From Tubiluchus corallicola (taxonomy: Eukaryota > Animalia > Priapulida): DNA of 64,000 nucleotides. The stretch lies in NCBI GenBank assembly GCA_030141605.1, contig JAQGDQ010002383.1:298418-362417 (forward strand), in the 5' to 3' direction. This document shows, in pieces, positions 1-29,326 of this stretch. Numbering within the stretch: the stretch's first letter is position 1; each line of letters begins with the position of its first letter. The position numbers and the translations under genes are program-made. The notes beneath the pieces were generated by a model that searched no databases, had not been told where the DNA came from, and saw only the letters and a program-made list of their open reading frames with translations.

Positions 1-604
1 TGCGTGCATGCAATATTGTGACAAATTTCCCCATAGGCCAGATACACACAAGAAAATTTTGTAATACGTTTTTATAGGTTCTCTGGAATGAGCCTATATT
101 GTAAGTGTAATGTTGCAGACATATTGCACTATTCTGTAAAAATATTTGCTCGTTATTTGTGCGCGATGCATAAACACTTATCATTTATTTAATCAAAATT
201 GATGATTAAAGCTATAACTGCTGATCTTTTATTACTTGCTGTTTGTGGCATTACAATGGATAAACGTAGTTGTGAGGTGTTTTTACAAAAAAACCTTTGC
301 AACCTTTCCTTAGAAAAATAAACCTCACTTAGCACACCCTCCTCTTAATTTTACATCTTTTTGAATGGCGTACCTAGCAACCGCCTGCTGATTTCTCTGC
401 TCTGATTACCTGGGTGGAAGTGCATTAACTCACCTGTAACTTACACCTGTATTGCCCTGGATATTGATGTTGGGGAATTCCGCGGCAACACATTCTCTTT
501 AGCCGTGTAAATCTTATGTGATCAAAAAACCATTCCGTGTATTTGTAGTAGGGTTGTAAACTTGCTGTAAACTACAATCCAGTCTATCCACTCCTAATAA
601 ATAG

Positions 605-1110
<506 letters not shown>

Positions 1111-3048
1111 TCTGTGTCTGTGTCTAACCGCATATCTGTCGCTCTTTCTGTCTCCTGTTTAATTTTCTATCTCATTTCAAATCTACGTATTTCAGATTAT
1201 CAGAAGTTATTTTGCGTTTCGCTTTTCAATGCGGTATGCACGTCGAATTATTTTCTTGCTGTCTTTCAAGCTTTTAATTTTCCTATTTTTAAAGGCTATT
1301 TTGCTTGAAAAAATGCACAGGATCTAAGCTTTAGTTGTTAAGCTTTGGTAAGACAAATTGTCGTACTTCTGTAAATTAGTTGAAGTACATTAGGCCTAGT
1401 GTGCTTTGGGAATTCGAGTATGCAGAATGTTGTAAGACCTGTGTAGAAGGATGAATGATTCATAATTGCATATGGGAAATTGGGACCACAAAGCATTAAG
1501 AACTGTTGTCGTAGAAGCTGACGAACCGTTGCCCTTGAAGGGCCTTTCTGTTTCTGAATTCCCCATGCAGTGAAGTTCCAAGGTCCTGTGGCTTCCAACA
1601 CTACTACACAGCATTCGTTTGCTGAACAGATTAAACCATGTTATGTTAGGTAGTTTGCTTCAATAAGCTGCTTTAGTGTCCAACTGGATTGGCTCAACTA
1701 ACTGAGCTAAGCCATGTACAAGTATGTACATTTGCTGGAAACTTAATACTTTTGAAATAGAGGTTTCTACATGTTTACCTTGGCGTAGTCTGTCATTGAC
1801 TTTACTTATTAGGCATAAATGGCATCCGCTGCAGTAGCATGCCTCTGAAATAACTTCATTAAATAATCGCTGTTATGGTTTATATTTCTCATCATGTAGT
1901 TTCCAACCTAGAGCGCATGATTGTTTTAAGTTAGGTTTTTACAGGTAGCCTTAATTAAATTCAGAGCAAGAGATAGTAAGATTGTAGCGTTAACTTCTTT
2001 AATCTTGCAAAAGTGCACGAGCACACCATTGGTTAGCAATTAAAATAAGTACTGCAGATAGTTCAGTAAGACTTAATCTTTAACTAAATTTTATACTCTC
2101 ACCGCCAGTTCCTGAAATAGTAGATGATTGTTGTAAACTGAAAACCCTTGTTTCAGTTGCTTTGTTTAAACGAATGCTTGTCTAATTTCTCGAAAAATAG
2201 GGAGTCTGGGCCCTCCATCTTATTTTGCACTGTGAAATCTAACTACTGTGTATACACGTATTAACTCTCCAGGTATAAAATATTTGCACTTGTGTATTTT
2301 GGAGTTACATGTAAGGCGCGATGTTCTCAACAACGACCGAACTATTTACGCGTCAAACGAACGGTGATTTTTCCCTTTTTTCCGCAAAAGTCATAGAACG
2401 GAAATGTAAAGAACCGGACTGTTAGAGTTCTAGACATTACTGTAAAGAAAATTCAACGTAGGTGTTAACAGACAGAATTTTGTTTCCTGGGTGGCTACAC
2501 TTTCTCGCAGTGGGTATTTTCCCGGATAGAATCCAAGCAAATTTTGTAAAAATGTTGCAAACAATTTCCTGAAAAAATCGATTTGTGCAACTACGAGGTC
2601 GCCCCGAAAAAATAAACACATTATTAGAAAGAGAAAGACCGATTGCAGTGTTTGAGTGTTTCGTGTAAGATAATGTTCACTGAACGAAAGGGAAGGGTGT
2701 ACATATTTTGAAATTCTTTTAACATGTGAGTATATTTTGTTGGGCGGCTTTCGCGAAGTCATAGAATTTAACAAAGTTGAGAATGAGAGACACCTGGTTT
2801 AGCGTTTTTATGAAACTCGTGTTTATTGCACGGCGCCAACTAAAGTCGCAATTGGACTAGAAAGAAATTTGTAGCAATGCATTGACGATTGATCTTTCTC
2901 TTCCTTTTATATTAGTGAAAAAAAAGTCAAATGTGTGTCAGGCTGTCGTTAGACGTTGTCCAAGCGTTGTCAGCCTAGGTGTTAAACTTTTTTGTTTGAT
3001 TAACACGTGAGATTGAGGGGGTCTTGAAAGTAATAATCTTAATTATTA

Positions 3049-3180
3049 CCGGGTGGCGTAGTTCAGTGGTATCGTGCTCACTTCTCACTCGCGAGGTCGC
3101 GGGTTCAACTTCCGATCGAGTCATACCAAAGACTTAGAATATGGTATCGCTGGTTCTTCAGCCAAGCACACGGGTTTATC
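3049..3180 (+). mobile_element. tRNA-derived SINE head (MetaSINE-like)
   Basis: A-box-like TGGCGTAGTTCAGTGG and B-box-like GGTTCAACTTCC, followed by GTCATACCAAAGACT...TGGTATCGCTGGTTCTTCAGCCAAGCAC, which resembles the conserved central domain of invertebrate SINEs (from memory). No complete tRNA acceptor stem. Confidence 0.6.
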
Positions 3181-5743
3181 GAAATTACGTGCGGTTATTA
3201 TTGATTGGGACCACCTTGGAAATAAGTATTATTTAAGTGTTACCTAAGGTGTTTTCTCTGGATTATATCATATAAAGTTATCCTACAAGTGTAATCCATG
3301 TCTGTGCAGCATTTGTGTACACTCCATCTCGTCCAAACTTGGCTGACTATTAGCTTTGCCAAACTTACCCAGGGAAAACAGAAAGACCACAAAACAGAAA
3401 AGGCAAACTACTTTCTGCTAGAGTAGACCATTGTTTACTCTGGAAGGAGAATTTTTTGGCTTCACATTCAGTTTGCTTTGCCTACTTTTCCCTCACTTCA
3501 TTGTTTCTTCAGTTTTTTATTCATGCGTACTTTGTGAGTCTAGTAATAAGCAAAATTGTTGCCCTCACGCAGATCTAGGTCAGTCAACGTTAGCGATATT
3601 GGCATCCTTGATGGATATCGCTGCCCGGGAATAATGCTGATCGATATGTCGACCAATCGCAGGCGCTGATGGCCAGGAAAAATGGAGCAGCTAATCCTTT
3701 CGGATTAATTGCGGATTATGAGTAGATATTTTAGCGGCTGTTTGTGATTAGATCCCATTGGGCTGTTAATGTCTGTTGGATTAATTAGCGACACGTGCTT
3801 TTCTCAGTAATGAAAATGTGATCATTATTCGATTGCCTATATTTAGCACAATACACACAGTAAGCTCATTATTATTTCAAAGCCCAGCCTTGTCTAATTC
3901 ACAGTGACGTCATAGCTGCTAATGTAAGTAATACATAGAACCCTCAGCACTGAGATGCTGATTTGCCAGTCTCCATAGCATGCGAGACAAAGCTGATAAC
4001 AGTAACCAAAAAAACGAGGTCTGATCTGTACCTGTGCTGGGTTGTTAAAACTTAATGCCGTGGCTTCTTGTTTGGTTCGTAGCACAAGTTTTTTACAAGA
4101 TAGTACGAGATAGTTATCTGCGTTATCTTACAGGCTTTGTTTATAGCAAAATGTTTGAACTGTGAATTTACCAAAATGTAATTTTTAAACTGTGTCTGAA
4201 TTCCTGGCCAAACAAAAGTTGCAGTTTGGAATAAATCTAAGTTGTTATTTGAATTGAAAATGGTTTCCTAAAACTTTGAAGAAAATCCACGTTCGAGGAC
4301 GTCAACGTTAAAATAATATTGAAATAAAGGCGTTAAGGAAAATTAAACAAGTTCCAAGTCTCTGGTTTTGTTTTGTTGATGTATTTAGTTTTCACAAATT
4401 AAGATGCTGACCAATTTTTATTGGTATTTCAACAAATTGCTGCGGCGTTAAGTGCAGTGCTGCCAGCATTGTTGTCAATTTATTTATTATGTGCACAAAA
4501 TAAACAAAAATTTAGTTAATTTTGGTACAGTCTTGCCACTCCATTCTGTTTTAATTGTGCAAAAAACGTGTTTGGGATAATACAACGTCTTCAGAAAAAT
4601 TATAATGTAATTAGCCTTTGACAAGTGCTAGTGTTTTTGCCAAATAAAGCAAGATTACTTTTTTATATACATGTACATTTACTATAAATGTAAAGTGTAA
4701 AGGCAGTATTGAAATACACACAGATATAAGACAGCTGCAACACATAAAGAATTTGCAGTTAAGTTTCAAAAACTCGTTTATATAAAAATTTAAAAATCAT
4801 TTGAATTAACCTATATGTAGTTATGTTATGTAGGCACGTTAACTACAGTGTTTTCAATATTCCTGTTGATCTTATGGGCTTTTTCAACTATTTATAGTGT
4901 ATTCTATTGACACCTGTGGCCTATCCATTAATATCTAATGCTGACTCAGGCAATTCCCCTAGTGGCTTGGAAATCAATACAGTTAAGCTAATACCTTGTT
5001 GGATAATTAAGTTAATCATAGTTATGCAATTGGCATATAATGCGTTGCTGCTAGATCTTGGAATAATAGCGGAGAGAAGGCAGATACCCTGGTGCTAAAG
5101 AAAGCATACATTAAAAATGTTTCCAAAGTATTTATTATGTAATCATTGCCACCATCATTTTCATTTTGTTATTATCATTATTGTAAACATTGAACTGTAT
5201 CACTATTATTGTTATTATTTTTATAAGCTAGGCATATAACTAAATAATCGCTATGATGTGTATCCACCAAGAAACCAGTCCTGATACCAGCCCCTGTTCT
5301 GATTAGACATCTCACCTTGGAGTATCTTTGCTATTAAGCTGGAGGATTATTTTTTGTATTAAACTAAATTTTAGTCCTGCCGCAATTGTCAGGTGTTGAA
5401 TTTTAAACCTCAGCTTGCAGAGGGCTAAACTATTTAAAATTGTTGTTTCTTGAACGTTTGACTGATTTCAAAAGGATTATTTTCTCTGCCAATGATTGTC
5501 TTCAAAAAGTGTGTAGGCTTTCTAATGTATATAATTTTTATTTTACTGTAAAAATACAGAAAATACATATCAGTTCTGGTCAAGTATGTGTATATGTATA
5601 TGTTAGTCCAGTAAATACAAAAGTGGCCACCTTTGGATGTCCATGACTTGCAGTTCCATAAATGTACCCTGCCATTTGGATACTATGTATTCAGAGCAGA
5701 TGCTTTAGTTAGCTATTTACACATTTTCATTTCTGTATTGCAG

Positions 5744-19569
<13,826 letters not shown>

Positions 19570-19724
19570 TATCAGGTACATTGTTTTTTGTTTTGTTTTT
19601 GTCGTAATTTTTTTCTCCAGGGTGGCAAAGAAGTTACTTAAGTTGAATTGAGTTCTTTGAATTTAAGAAATGAGTGTTTAGTCCAATACGTACAATGACA
19701 CATAAATCTTATAAAGTACTATAC

Positions 19725-19789
19725 TTTCTCCTCTTTCCCTCCCTCCCTCTCTCCCTTTTCTCCCTCTCTCTTCCTCTCTCCCTCTCTTC

Positions 19790-19820
<31 letters not shown>

Positions 19821-19830
19821 ACTCACTCTC
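19725..19830. repeat. CT-rich microsatellite in the calcineurin 3' UTR
   Basis: Direct reading. Confidence 0.85.
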
Positions 19831-22800
19831 TGTGATTTACTGTTTCTGATCTGCTAGTTTATAAATTCAAAATGCATTTTACAATTAATATCTGTTTTAT
19901 TTTTATTTGTTGCAGAAACTTTCATTTCTGAGTTCCGTTTCACGTCATTCTGGTCACACTTAACAACACATGCACATTCACAATATTAATGAAATAAACA
20001 AAACAGATGTGGCATTCACTCGTGAAACATTACCAAGTATGGTCGAGCAGTGATGAAGCTACATCTGCCATCACGTACTGTGTTACTATGATCTGTTTTT
20101 TGTCTCAGAAAAGCTATTGTTTTGCTACGTTATTACGTTATTAGTCAGTTGTTGTTTTTGAGTTTTCACTATTTGTACAGTGTTCACAACACTATAGTTT
20201 TAACTTGTTGAATTTATTCATGTCCGTCATGCTGAATGCACAAGGCTTTTGATTCACATCATCAAACTAAAGCATTTTATGTATAACTTGTTAACATCTA
20301 GTAATTTTTAGTTTATTTATTTATATTTGCGTGCAGCTACCTCATTATTTCGCACTTGTTTTGTAACACAGTTTGTGAGTGGCTGGTATTGGGTGGCCCA
20401 CTGGCCAATGGCCAGTCAGAAGTGCCTTTTCAGAATGTAGGCTGAATCAGCATTTCTGATTAATAGTTGTTAATAGCAACTGTCTTTAGTCAGTTAATTT
20501 TGACAGACATTACAAGAGTAGGTCACTTGTAAAATATTAGACAATTGAGCTGTGACATTGAATGTGATTGGTTGATTTTGTGATCTGGAAACTGTATGAT
20601 CAGCCACTGAACTTCATTTGCTATTTCATCATTAGTTATTATTATAAGTATTCTTATTGTAATTTTTCACCTATTCGCATGTGTCACCTTCCCCGTTCCC
20701 TTCAAAATGAGCTACTTCATTTCTTTCGACTGGCCAAGATGGAGCGTCTCATTTTGTCGAAGGGGTGTGACTGTTTTTTTATCATCACTTGGGTATTTAA
20801 CTTACTTATTAACTTATTCATGGAAAACTAAAACAGTATACAAGGAATATTTCCATGATATTGTTAATATTTCTTGCAAATGCATGCATGTTAATAAAGC
20901 CTTTCAGTTTATTAAAGGATTCTTTGTGATACTGGTGTAAAATGTCAGTTGTCACGGACTTGAGTGAACAATATATATATGTCTGCGAAGGTGGGTAGCA
21001 AGTTATTTCGTAAGTTGCTTGAATATGGTGTTAAAGAACATTTCTATGAAAGTACGAATTACCATTACCATTGTAAATTTTCTAATTATATTTATGAATA
21101 TAATATATAATGTATAATTAATATATTAAAACTTCCACAATGCAAGGCGAAACTGTGCACAATATGCGTGCCAGGCTTTCTCGTTGCTACTAGCAATGTA
21201 TGTGTGCCTCGTGTGGAAATCTTTTTATCATTTTTGGAATAATATATTATTGGTATTGAGAGGCCAGAGATCTATAAACTGAACTTGTTTAATATATAAA
21301 TATAAATGGATTGTTCTCTTGTTTGCATTTCTATTTATTTCTCAAATTTTTGATGAACTTGTTTTCGATTCTGATTTTCGTTATAAATTTTATAAATATT
21401 CTGGTCGTGTATGATGTCTTCTGTAAGAGAAGGTCTTGCAGGCTTGTTGCAGGAATTTAGCGAGTACACTCGAACGTTGCACTCACACACTACACTCACA
21501 GTGCCGTTACCGTTTAGGTTTCTGTCTTCCATTGTGAGTATAGTGAAGTAACTAAGGCAACAGAATTTGTTTATTACATAATTTTTAACCTATGCATTTT
21601 TTGGTGTGACGTGTATATGTGAATTAAATGTTCAGCATTTGAATTTTATACATGTTTTCCATCTGCTTTCAAGCTATTGTGTCATTGATATTGCAGCTTG
21701 TTATTTGGAATTTGATATTTAAATACTAGTATTTAGTAGTAGTGTCATACATAGTGTTTTTCTTGCTAACTTCTTAAGTGCACAATATATTGCCAGACTT
21801 CATCTTTAAATCGCAGATGAAAGCAGTAATTTCATGCCTGTGTATATACTTTGAATATTTTGATAAAAAGAAACAATTGGTGTACTAGCTTATTTTTAGC
21901 CAAACTTGTTCCGTTTATTCACACATTGTAAAATTTGTTGATTTATCATTACTTGCCTTTAATCTGCATTTCGTTGTGGTTACCTGTTTACTTTTATACT
22001 AAAGTTCGTTGTTACATATAAAGTTCCCACATGTAAGTGGGAATTGTACAGTTTATTAATTTACACATCAATTAGTGAAGCTGTCAAACTTGCCCAGTCA
22101 AAATTAATCTTTACTATCAAATTTTGTATATAGTTGGTTCATGTCTGAGTTTGGTTAGTATCCCATTTGTGTGATTTTTTTTCGTTTTACGTAAACTTTA
22201 CATTTCAAAAGACGTCATGTGTTCTGGCTATCCGCAGTGTAATAAATACAAGATTTTTTGCTTATTTTTTGCAATTTGAATGTTGATAGAACTAAAGTAC
22301 TCTTCAAAATTCGTAGATGCTATTCTTGTGTGAATTTTACCGCAGTTATTATAAGTGCTTCATAGTGTTTATCTTTCCATTTTGACACTTTCTTATACTG
22401 TTCTTTTAATTAAATAAGTAATGTGGTTAATTAATCGCAAAAATCTCTCATTATCAAAAGCCTGATAACCTCAGCTGCCTAGATTTGAGATAGTTTATTC
22501 CAGATAGTTTAATCCTATATTCCAAAACAATATAAGATTAGTTTTTATTTGGCAAATCTGGAGTAAAGAGTAGTAGCTAAAGTTACTTAAGTAATATCTG
22601 TTCCATGTTTAGTTTTATGAAGCTCTTCCAGATTACTTTGCAATCATTTTTGCATGTCAGCTTGACTAGGTGCCTGTACAACTATGATTTGCTGAATATC
22701 AATGGGTGTTGAGCCATATGCTGAATTAGTCTGTGAAATTGTAGAGTTAATATAAAAAAGCTGAAGTACACATGGTTGTCTTTTTAAAATGTTAAGATTT

Positions 22801-24223
22801 TTCTCCTACTTAACTTAAAATCTCTTCTTTGTCTAAATCTAAAACACACAACTTTAAAATGATGTCAGTAAATTGTAATTTTATGTGTTTGCTGTGTTGA
22901 TACTGATAATAACAATTACACTGTATAAAACGTTTAGTGCATGCTGTTGTTTTATTCTTGTTTATTTAAACTTTAACTATATTTCTGTGTTACAATAAAT
23001 GAACTCAAAACAGAAAATGCAATGCCTTATATGTTTAAAATTCCTGGCAAGAGCAAGGGGGTATTTTACAGTACAATTCTAATGTTGTATATGATAGATA
23101 TCATGAAGCAACATATTTTTATCATAATAGCTTATTGCCACACACACTAACATTTCTGGAAGTCAGTGATCAAAAGTTATATTACTGCATACCTAATTGC
23201 TCAGTTTAACAATATTAAATTATAAATCTACTCGTATTTTGCTTAATAAAAACTTTAATTTGCAAACAATATGCAGCCAATAATATGCTAGAATCTGTTT
23301 TGTTTCTCGTGTCAAGTCAAACTCATGTACACAACCTTTTAAGATCACTCTCCACAGTAAGAACAGTGACACATGGGGACCTCGTGTTAAAATTAATGCT
23401 TTAGTATTTACAGTGAATTGCAGCTTTGTATTATGTATAACAAATAGATATCAGTTGTCAGAGTTTCACAATGTAGTGAAATGAAAAAGTGAACTCATAC
23501 AGTATCATGCTGAGTGCATTTGATGCTGCTCATTGTCTAATAATCAAAATACGAGAAAAAATTCACTAATAATTCTTGTTGCTGGTGTTGATCAAATGCA
23601 CTAATCTTGTAATCTGATGTGACTTATCAAATGCACTTTCATTGTTTCTTTCATACACGTTCCTTAATCATTGCCTTCTTTTTGGTTGTTAAATGTACGG
23701 TGTCATTTTGAGTAATTTATCTTACTTAGCTGTCCACATTGTTTTTCATTTGACAGGTAGTTTTGATTTTTGTTAAGCGGCCATGCAATTTGTTTTTTTT
23801 ACAGAAAAAGTGGCAATTTGTTAACATTCTACTTTATTTACTCTCATTTTATGTGTCTGTTTATGTGCGTAATGTATAGGTATTGTAAATTTTTTTCGTA
23901 TTATGCTACTCTAATTTTTTTTCATTAAATTTCTATTTATGTGCAAGTTGCTGCAAATCTTTTAGGTGCTAATCGATGAAATAAAAGAAATGTTCACCTT
24001 CCATGCAAATAATTATATGTAAGTCTTAGTAAAATTAATAGTTGATCACTACAGCAATTTACCGTTAAAAATAATTAACAATGTTAATACTCAATTAAAA
24101 ATTATTCGCAAATGAGCATAACCATTAACCAAGCCTAGCCCTAAGTGTCCAACGTGAGACTCGTCGTAAATATTCCGTCAATGTGTTACCAAGTGATTGG
24201 CTTTCCTGTTGAAGATATCCCGT

Positions 24224-26349
24224 AATGCTTATTGGGGAATCGCGACGTGACGTGCAGAAATTGCTGAAATTCTAAACAATATTTTAAAAACAGGCACATT
24301 TCCGCAGGATATTCATAAAGGAATACTTATCCCTTTACCCAAGCCAGGTAAGAAACGAGGTCCTATATAAAATCTTAGACCATTGATGTTGCTTACACTA
24401 CTATACTAAGGAAGATCTGTACCGTTACCGTCGAAGGATAGAGGTTAAGCATACATAGCTTATAAACCTCTCCACTCTTCCTTGTTTACTTTGTCAATAT
24501 TAAGAATACATAATGGGTGGCGACACTACGATCACGAAGCGAAGCATAGGGTTTCTTGTTGCCATTGTGGCAACCTGGGGTCTATATATTTTTCAGCATT
24601 GTTTTTCCAAAATCTATGGAGACGAGACTTAAACTGGGCAGGATTGGGTGCTTGTATTACATGGTCAGGCAGCTTGTTCCACTCATTAATTACTCGCCTT
24701 GCGAATGTGAATCTTCTTCTGTTCCACCTTTTGGGAACTGTTCTCTTCTTGATTTTGTAGGAGTGACCTCTGGTACCATGATATGTCTGTCGGTGAAAAA
24801 ATATTTCACTGTTGATGGTTTCTATGCCTTTAAGAATACGGAATGTTTGGATTAAATCTTGTCTTTTGCGTCTGTATTTCAGAGTTGTAAGGCCGAGAAT
24901 CTTAAGTCTTGCAACATACGGTAAATGAGAAATGGCAGGTACAAGTCTAGTAGCTCGACGTTGTATACTTTCAATTTTTCTTATCATGTCTTGACGATTT
25001 GGGCTCCAAATCACATCACCATAATCCAGAATAGGACGAACGATTGATTTATATAGTTTGGTCGCCACTGTATGTTGACTAGGATCTATGACAGGTTACA
25101 CACTTACATTCCAACAAGCCAAGCAGCATATCAACCAGGACGGAATACTACTGAATTAGTACAAGCCTGTAAATTACTAGCCGGAAAAGCCATCTCTTCT
25201 GCTGATTACTCAATACATATTCATGATCGATATGTCAAAGGCCTTTGATTGTGTGCGGAGAAAAACTCTGCTATGCTGCCTGGAAGAAATCCTTGAACCT
25301 GATGAAATATACATCATAAGTATAATGTTAGAAAATTTATTAATTCAAGTCAGGTGTGAAGGGAAATTGAGTCAGCCGTTTTCTACAGACAAAGGAGTAC
25401 CTCAGGGTGACTGCCTAAGCCCTGTACTTTTCACTTTATATCTTGCCATAGCTCTCACTGAGGACAAAGTTATACCATTGAAAGACCTAGAAGATCACAA
25501 CTACACAATTCTTGATCCTGAATTAATACCGAATGAAGTAAGACAAGAATGCAGTTACAGTTCTCTACAAAGTAAGTCAACTACTATATCTATGCAGTAT
25601 GCTGATGATGTGGCATGGATTACAAGAAACAAAGAAGACGTAGATGAAATAAAAAACTCAATAGAGGAGAAACTGAACAGAATGGATCTCATTGTAAACA
25701 AAAATAAAACTGAAGAGTTTCACATAACACGCCATGGTGATGAATCATGGCAAAGATGCAAGTATCTCGGTAGTCTGCTGACAACAGAAGACGACATATC
25801 AAGACGGAAGATAATGGCATTATCAGTTTACTCAAAACTTAAAAAAATTTCTTTGGAAACAAAAATTAGAATATTCTCAGCCTTAGTTGAAACTGTATTT
25901 CTATATAACTCTGAGCTCTGGACATTAAAAGCAAATCATAAAGCTGAAATCGATGCGTTTCAAAGGCGAAATTACAAAAACATGTTGGGTATTAGATGGC
26001 CAAAGAAAATTTCAAACAAAGATCTATATGAAACAATAAAAGAAGAACCTTGGACAAGAAAAATAAAAAGACGCCGTTTAAGATGGATTGGGCATATGCT
26101 TAGACTACCTGATGATACTCCAGTGAAGATAGCTCTTCAACAAGCCATAGAACCAGCTAAAAAACCTGCAGGAGGACAAATGTTAACATATTTAGATTTT
26201 GCACAAAAAGATTTAAACACTTTAGCATTGATCCTTAGAAATAAATCTACTTGGGGCATTGCGGCGAGCAGGGAGTCCTGGCATAGGGAGGTGAACAGAA
26301 TCATGTCACTGGATGTGTGATTCATTGGATCATGATGATGATGATGACA
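24224..26349 (+). mobile_element. 5'-truncated RTE-clade LINE (reverse transcriptase), interrupted
   Basis: ILIPLPKPGKKRGP..NLRP (24320-24380), QAAYQPGR, then ORF 25223-26320 with DMSKAFD, GVPQGDCLSP, QYADD, KYLG and RRRLRWIGHMLR; (GAT)n tail at ~26333-26349; one stop and frameshifts. Confidence 0.88.
24422..25067 (-). mobile_element. 3' fragment of a CR1/L2-group LINE inserted antisense into the RTE LINE
   Basis: ORF 24532-25068(-): LYKSIVRPILDYGDVIWSP, IESIQRRATR, TRGHSYK, FARRVINEWNKLP; CTGTA on both flanks (24417, 25068). Confidence 0.88.
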
Positions 26350-27300
26350 TAGAGGAATTACAAGATGCAGAATGTACGATCAGCTGCCGTTTAGAAAAAT
26401 ATAATCTTAAAGTCAGCAATAGAAAGACTGAAGAATACCATATTCGAAGAGGAGGTAATTATTCATGGAAATGATGTAAATACTTTGGTGGCTTGTTAGA
26501 CACCGAAGCTGACATACAAAGAAGGAAATTTCTTACATTGTCTGATTATACAGATGTCAACGGTTTTTGAAAACAATAGACTGTCTCTTGAAACCAAAGC
26601 CCAGATCCTTTCATCTTAGTTGAATCTGTGTTTTTGTACAGTGTTGACCTATGGGCAATAAAATTTAAGTAACAGAAGGAAATTGGCACTTTTCAAAGAC
26701 ATCTCTATAGAAATTACTCGCAATTAAATGGCCTGACTGAATATCTGCTTTACAGTCTTTTTTACAATGACATCAGGACCTAGAGTTCAACTCGTTAAGG
26801 TCCCTTCTCATATTCATTTTAAATTTATCGATAGCGTTTGATGATCAGTATAATGTGGTGAAGAAGAATCCTTGGAGTAAACAAATACAAGTAAGAAGAT
26901 TGCTTTGGTTTGGTGGCAGCAGTGCATAATGCGTGGCATCAACAAGTGAGATGGGCCGTGTTATTTTTAGAACATAGCAGCACAGAAACGACGACGAACA
27001 TATTTTAATATTCCTTGGTTCAAACGACTTTAGTCCAAAAGTCGAGCTCCGAACATCAAGATGGCTAGCATATGTTCTCTAATTACCAAGTAAAGCATAA
27101 GTAAGAATTGCCTTAAAGGAATCCTTAAAGAACCTTGCAAAAAACCATATGTCAAATGAAAAACAACGTGGACAGCTAAGTAAGATAAATAAAGATGTTC
27201 AATAACTTTAACCCATTTATCTTTAGGAGTAGAAGAACTTACCGCACTAGCTGCAGATAGGAGTAGATGGAATGCTCTAATGAATGGTAATGCCTCAATG
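26350..27300 (+). mobile_element. Older degraded RTE-like LINE fragment (homologues at ~43500-45080 and ~57890-59470)
   Basis: Translates with stops as LEKYNLKVSNRKTEEYHIRR..W..CKYFGGLLDTEADIQRRK, similar to the C-terminal part of the neighbouring RT. Confidence 0.65.
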
Positions 27301-28971
27301 TCTACAACAGATGGAAGAGACTTTGAAGACCATCTTTTATTTTAGAATTCTGACTGCCTAGTGGGTCACTGATTCAAACCCAGGCTCAGTGTAGTCAAGT
27401 TTGATACCAAAATTCAGCAGTTGAGGTTTTATATAAACACATTTTATTTTTCATGACCTTTAGTATTAAAAAAAATCTGATTGATAAACATTAGTAAGGA
27501 ATTGTGCAGTTACTGTGTTTAGGTAAATACGAGGGTCAAGCACATATAAGCACATATTTAAAACAGTTTAAACAAGTGTCAGAAATAATGCTTGGGCCTT
27601 TATTTGCTTTAATTGTCTTCGAACATTGAGAAACGTCCAGCTGAGATTTAGTAGCGCTTAAACTGTACAGACCGTGAAAAGAACCTACCGATCATTAAAC
27701 TAGATCAGTGTCGTAATAAACTTGAATAATTTCCATTGTCAAATCTGTGGTGAAATTACAATCAAGGTGAATAAGGTAAATAACAAGTATGATTGATCTG
27801 CTCTCATCTGACCTACTAATTCGCGTTAATTAAGCGGTTCTTTAACATAATTGTGCTACGTTATTAAATATGAGAGTCGTAATTAGGTTTAACGATAGGC
27901 TATTTGATTAATTCCGCCTTAGGAATGAGTAAGTACTATAATATAATGTTCACACATTTACATTCAGATATCCACATTTTAACAGCGACAGTGCATCAAC
28001 AACAATCTAGTGATACAAATGTTAAACTAAAACATTACTGAAAGTTTACGATTTTGTAGTTTTTATAAGTTTCTGTGCTATATATGCCCCCATCCCTCCC
28101 ACTCCTAGCATTCATCAGACATTTCAACAGATAGTACATATACTTCATATACATCTTCGTCATTGATTGGGATTGTAACACTTCATTAATAAATATTTAT
28201 GCTGGTTTTTCAAAATGTTTATTTGTAACATAGTATTTGTTCTTCATTTTTGTATAGTCATTGACATAAAACAGTGCAATAGCTTGTGCATATGAGCTAG
28301 TAGTGTAATCAGTGTCTGCCAAATTGAAGCCTGACTCAGACCTGAATAATAAAAGACTGTCGAAAGGTGTTTAGGACGATTGCCTTATACAGAGGGAGAG
28401 GAAAGGGATTACAAAGTAGAGTACACAGATGTCCTGTTCTCATAAAGATCTGAATAATTAGTATGTAGAGTAACATTCGTTTCTGGCTATTGAAGTTTGC
28501 CTTTACAAATACGCTGTATCAGTTTGCTACACGACACAGATTACATGCTCACCCCAATGCTCAACTCAAACCAGCAGTATGCTAAGAATCCAGAAGTACA
28601 TGCCGCATACACGCCGTACATACATAACATACGTTCATAGATAGAATACATGTGCACATAGCTCCACAATTGATTACCTGCATATGTTATCACAAGTGGT
28701 ATTTCCAGCGATTTAATTTGCTCATCATTATTTTTTGTCTGTTTATCATTACCATGCCCACTAGAACATAAATATAATTTACATTTTTAAGTATGTCAAC
28801 TTTAGAAATGTCGTGATCCACATAACAGCACCTCTTTGAACTTTTGGAAGTTTAAAATTAGAACATTGCACTGAGTGCAGTCAGAGTGCAAAAATCAGGC
28901 TTAAGGCGTCTGAAATCATTAGGTGAAGTGTTAAATGTTTTAAGTTTTTTGGTAGATGTTTACGATCTAAC

Positions 28972-29326
28972 TGTTGTGGAGATCGCTGACGTCAAGTAGA
29001 ATTGCACAGAACGTCGTAGAATGTTCTGTCGGGATGACCGCTTTAGCGTCTGGATTGTTCTCGAACATTTGTTCCAGAAGTTTCTGCAGTGCGCTATATA
29101 AGGCGAAGCAGGCTGCCGACAGGGGATCGCACGCAGATCTAACACGGACTTATACTTACGCATTTATACTTACTTAAACGTTTTCCAGATTTTCACGTTT
29201 ATTGTAATCATTTCAACGTTCCTTCATCTTTTGTATAGTAGAATTCTCGCTAAATAAAGCAGTTTTATTTGACGGCGTGTTTTCTGGTTTTCTCTACGAG
29301 CCTTTCGAGAGAAACTAAACACAACA
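28972..29326 (+). mobile_element. Solo LTR (355 bp)
   Basis: TGTTGTG...CACAACA termini; perfect 5-bp TSD CTAAC (28967-28971, 29327-29331); TATATAA at 29095; AATAAA at 29253; empty site (GATCTAAC) in units 2 and 3 (45117, 59504). Confidence 0.9.

Noticed and set aside
3049-3125. Possible tRNA gene
   Set aside because: A and B boxes are present, but the cloverleaf and acceptor stem do not close and it runs into a SINE-like body.
25223-26320. Domesticated RT or retron-like system
   Set aside because: Ordinary RTE LINE fragment: 5'-truncated, frameshifted, interrupted, with a (GAT)n tail.
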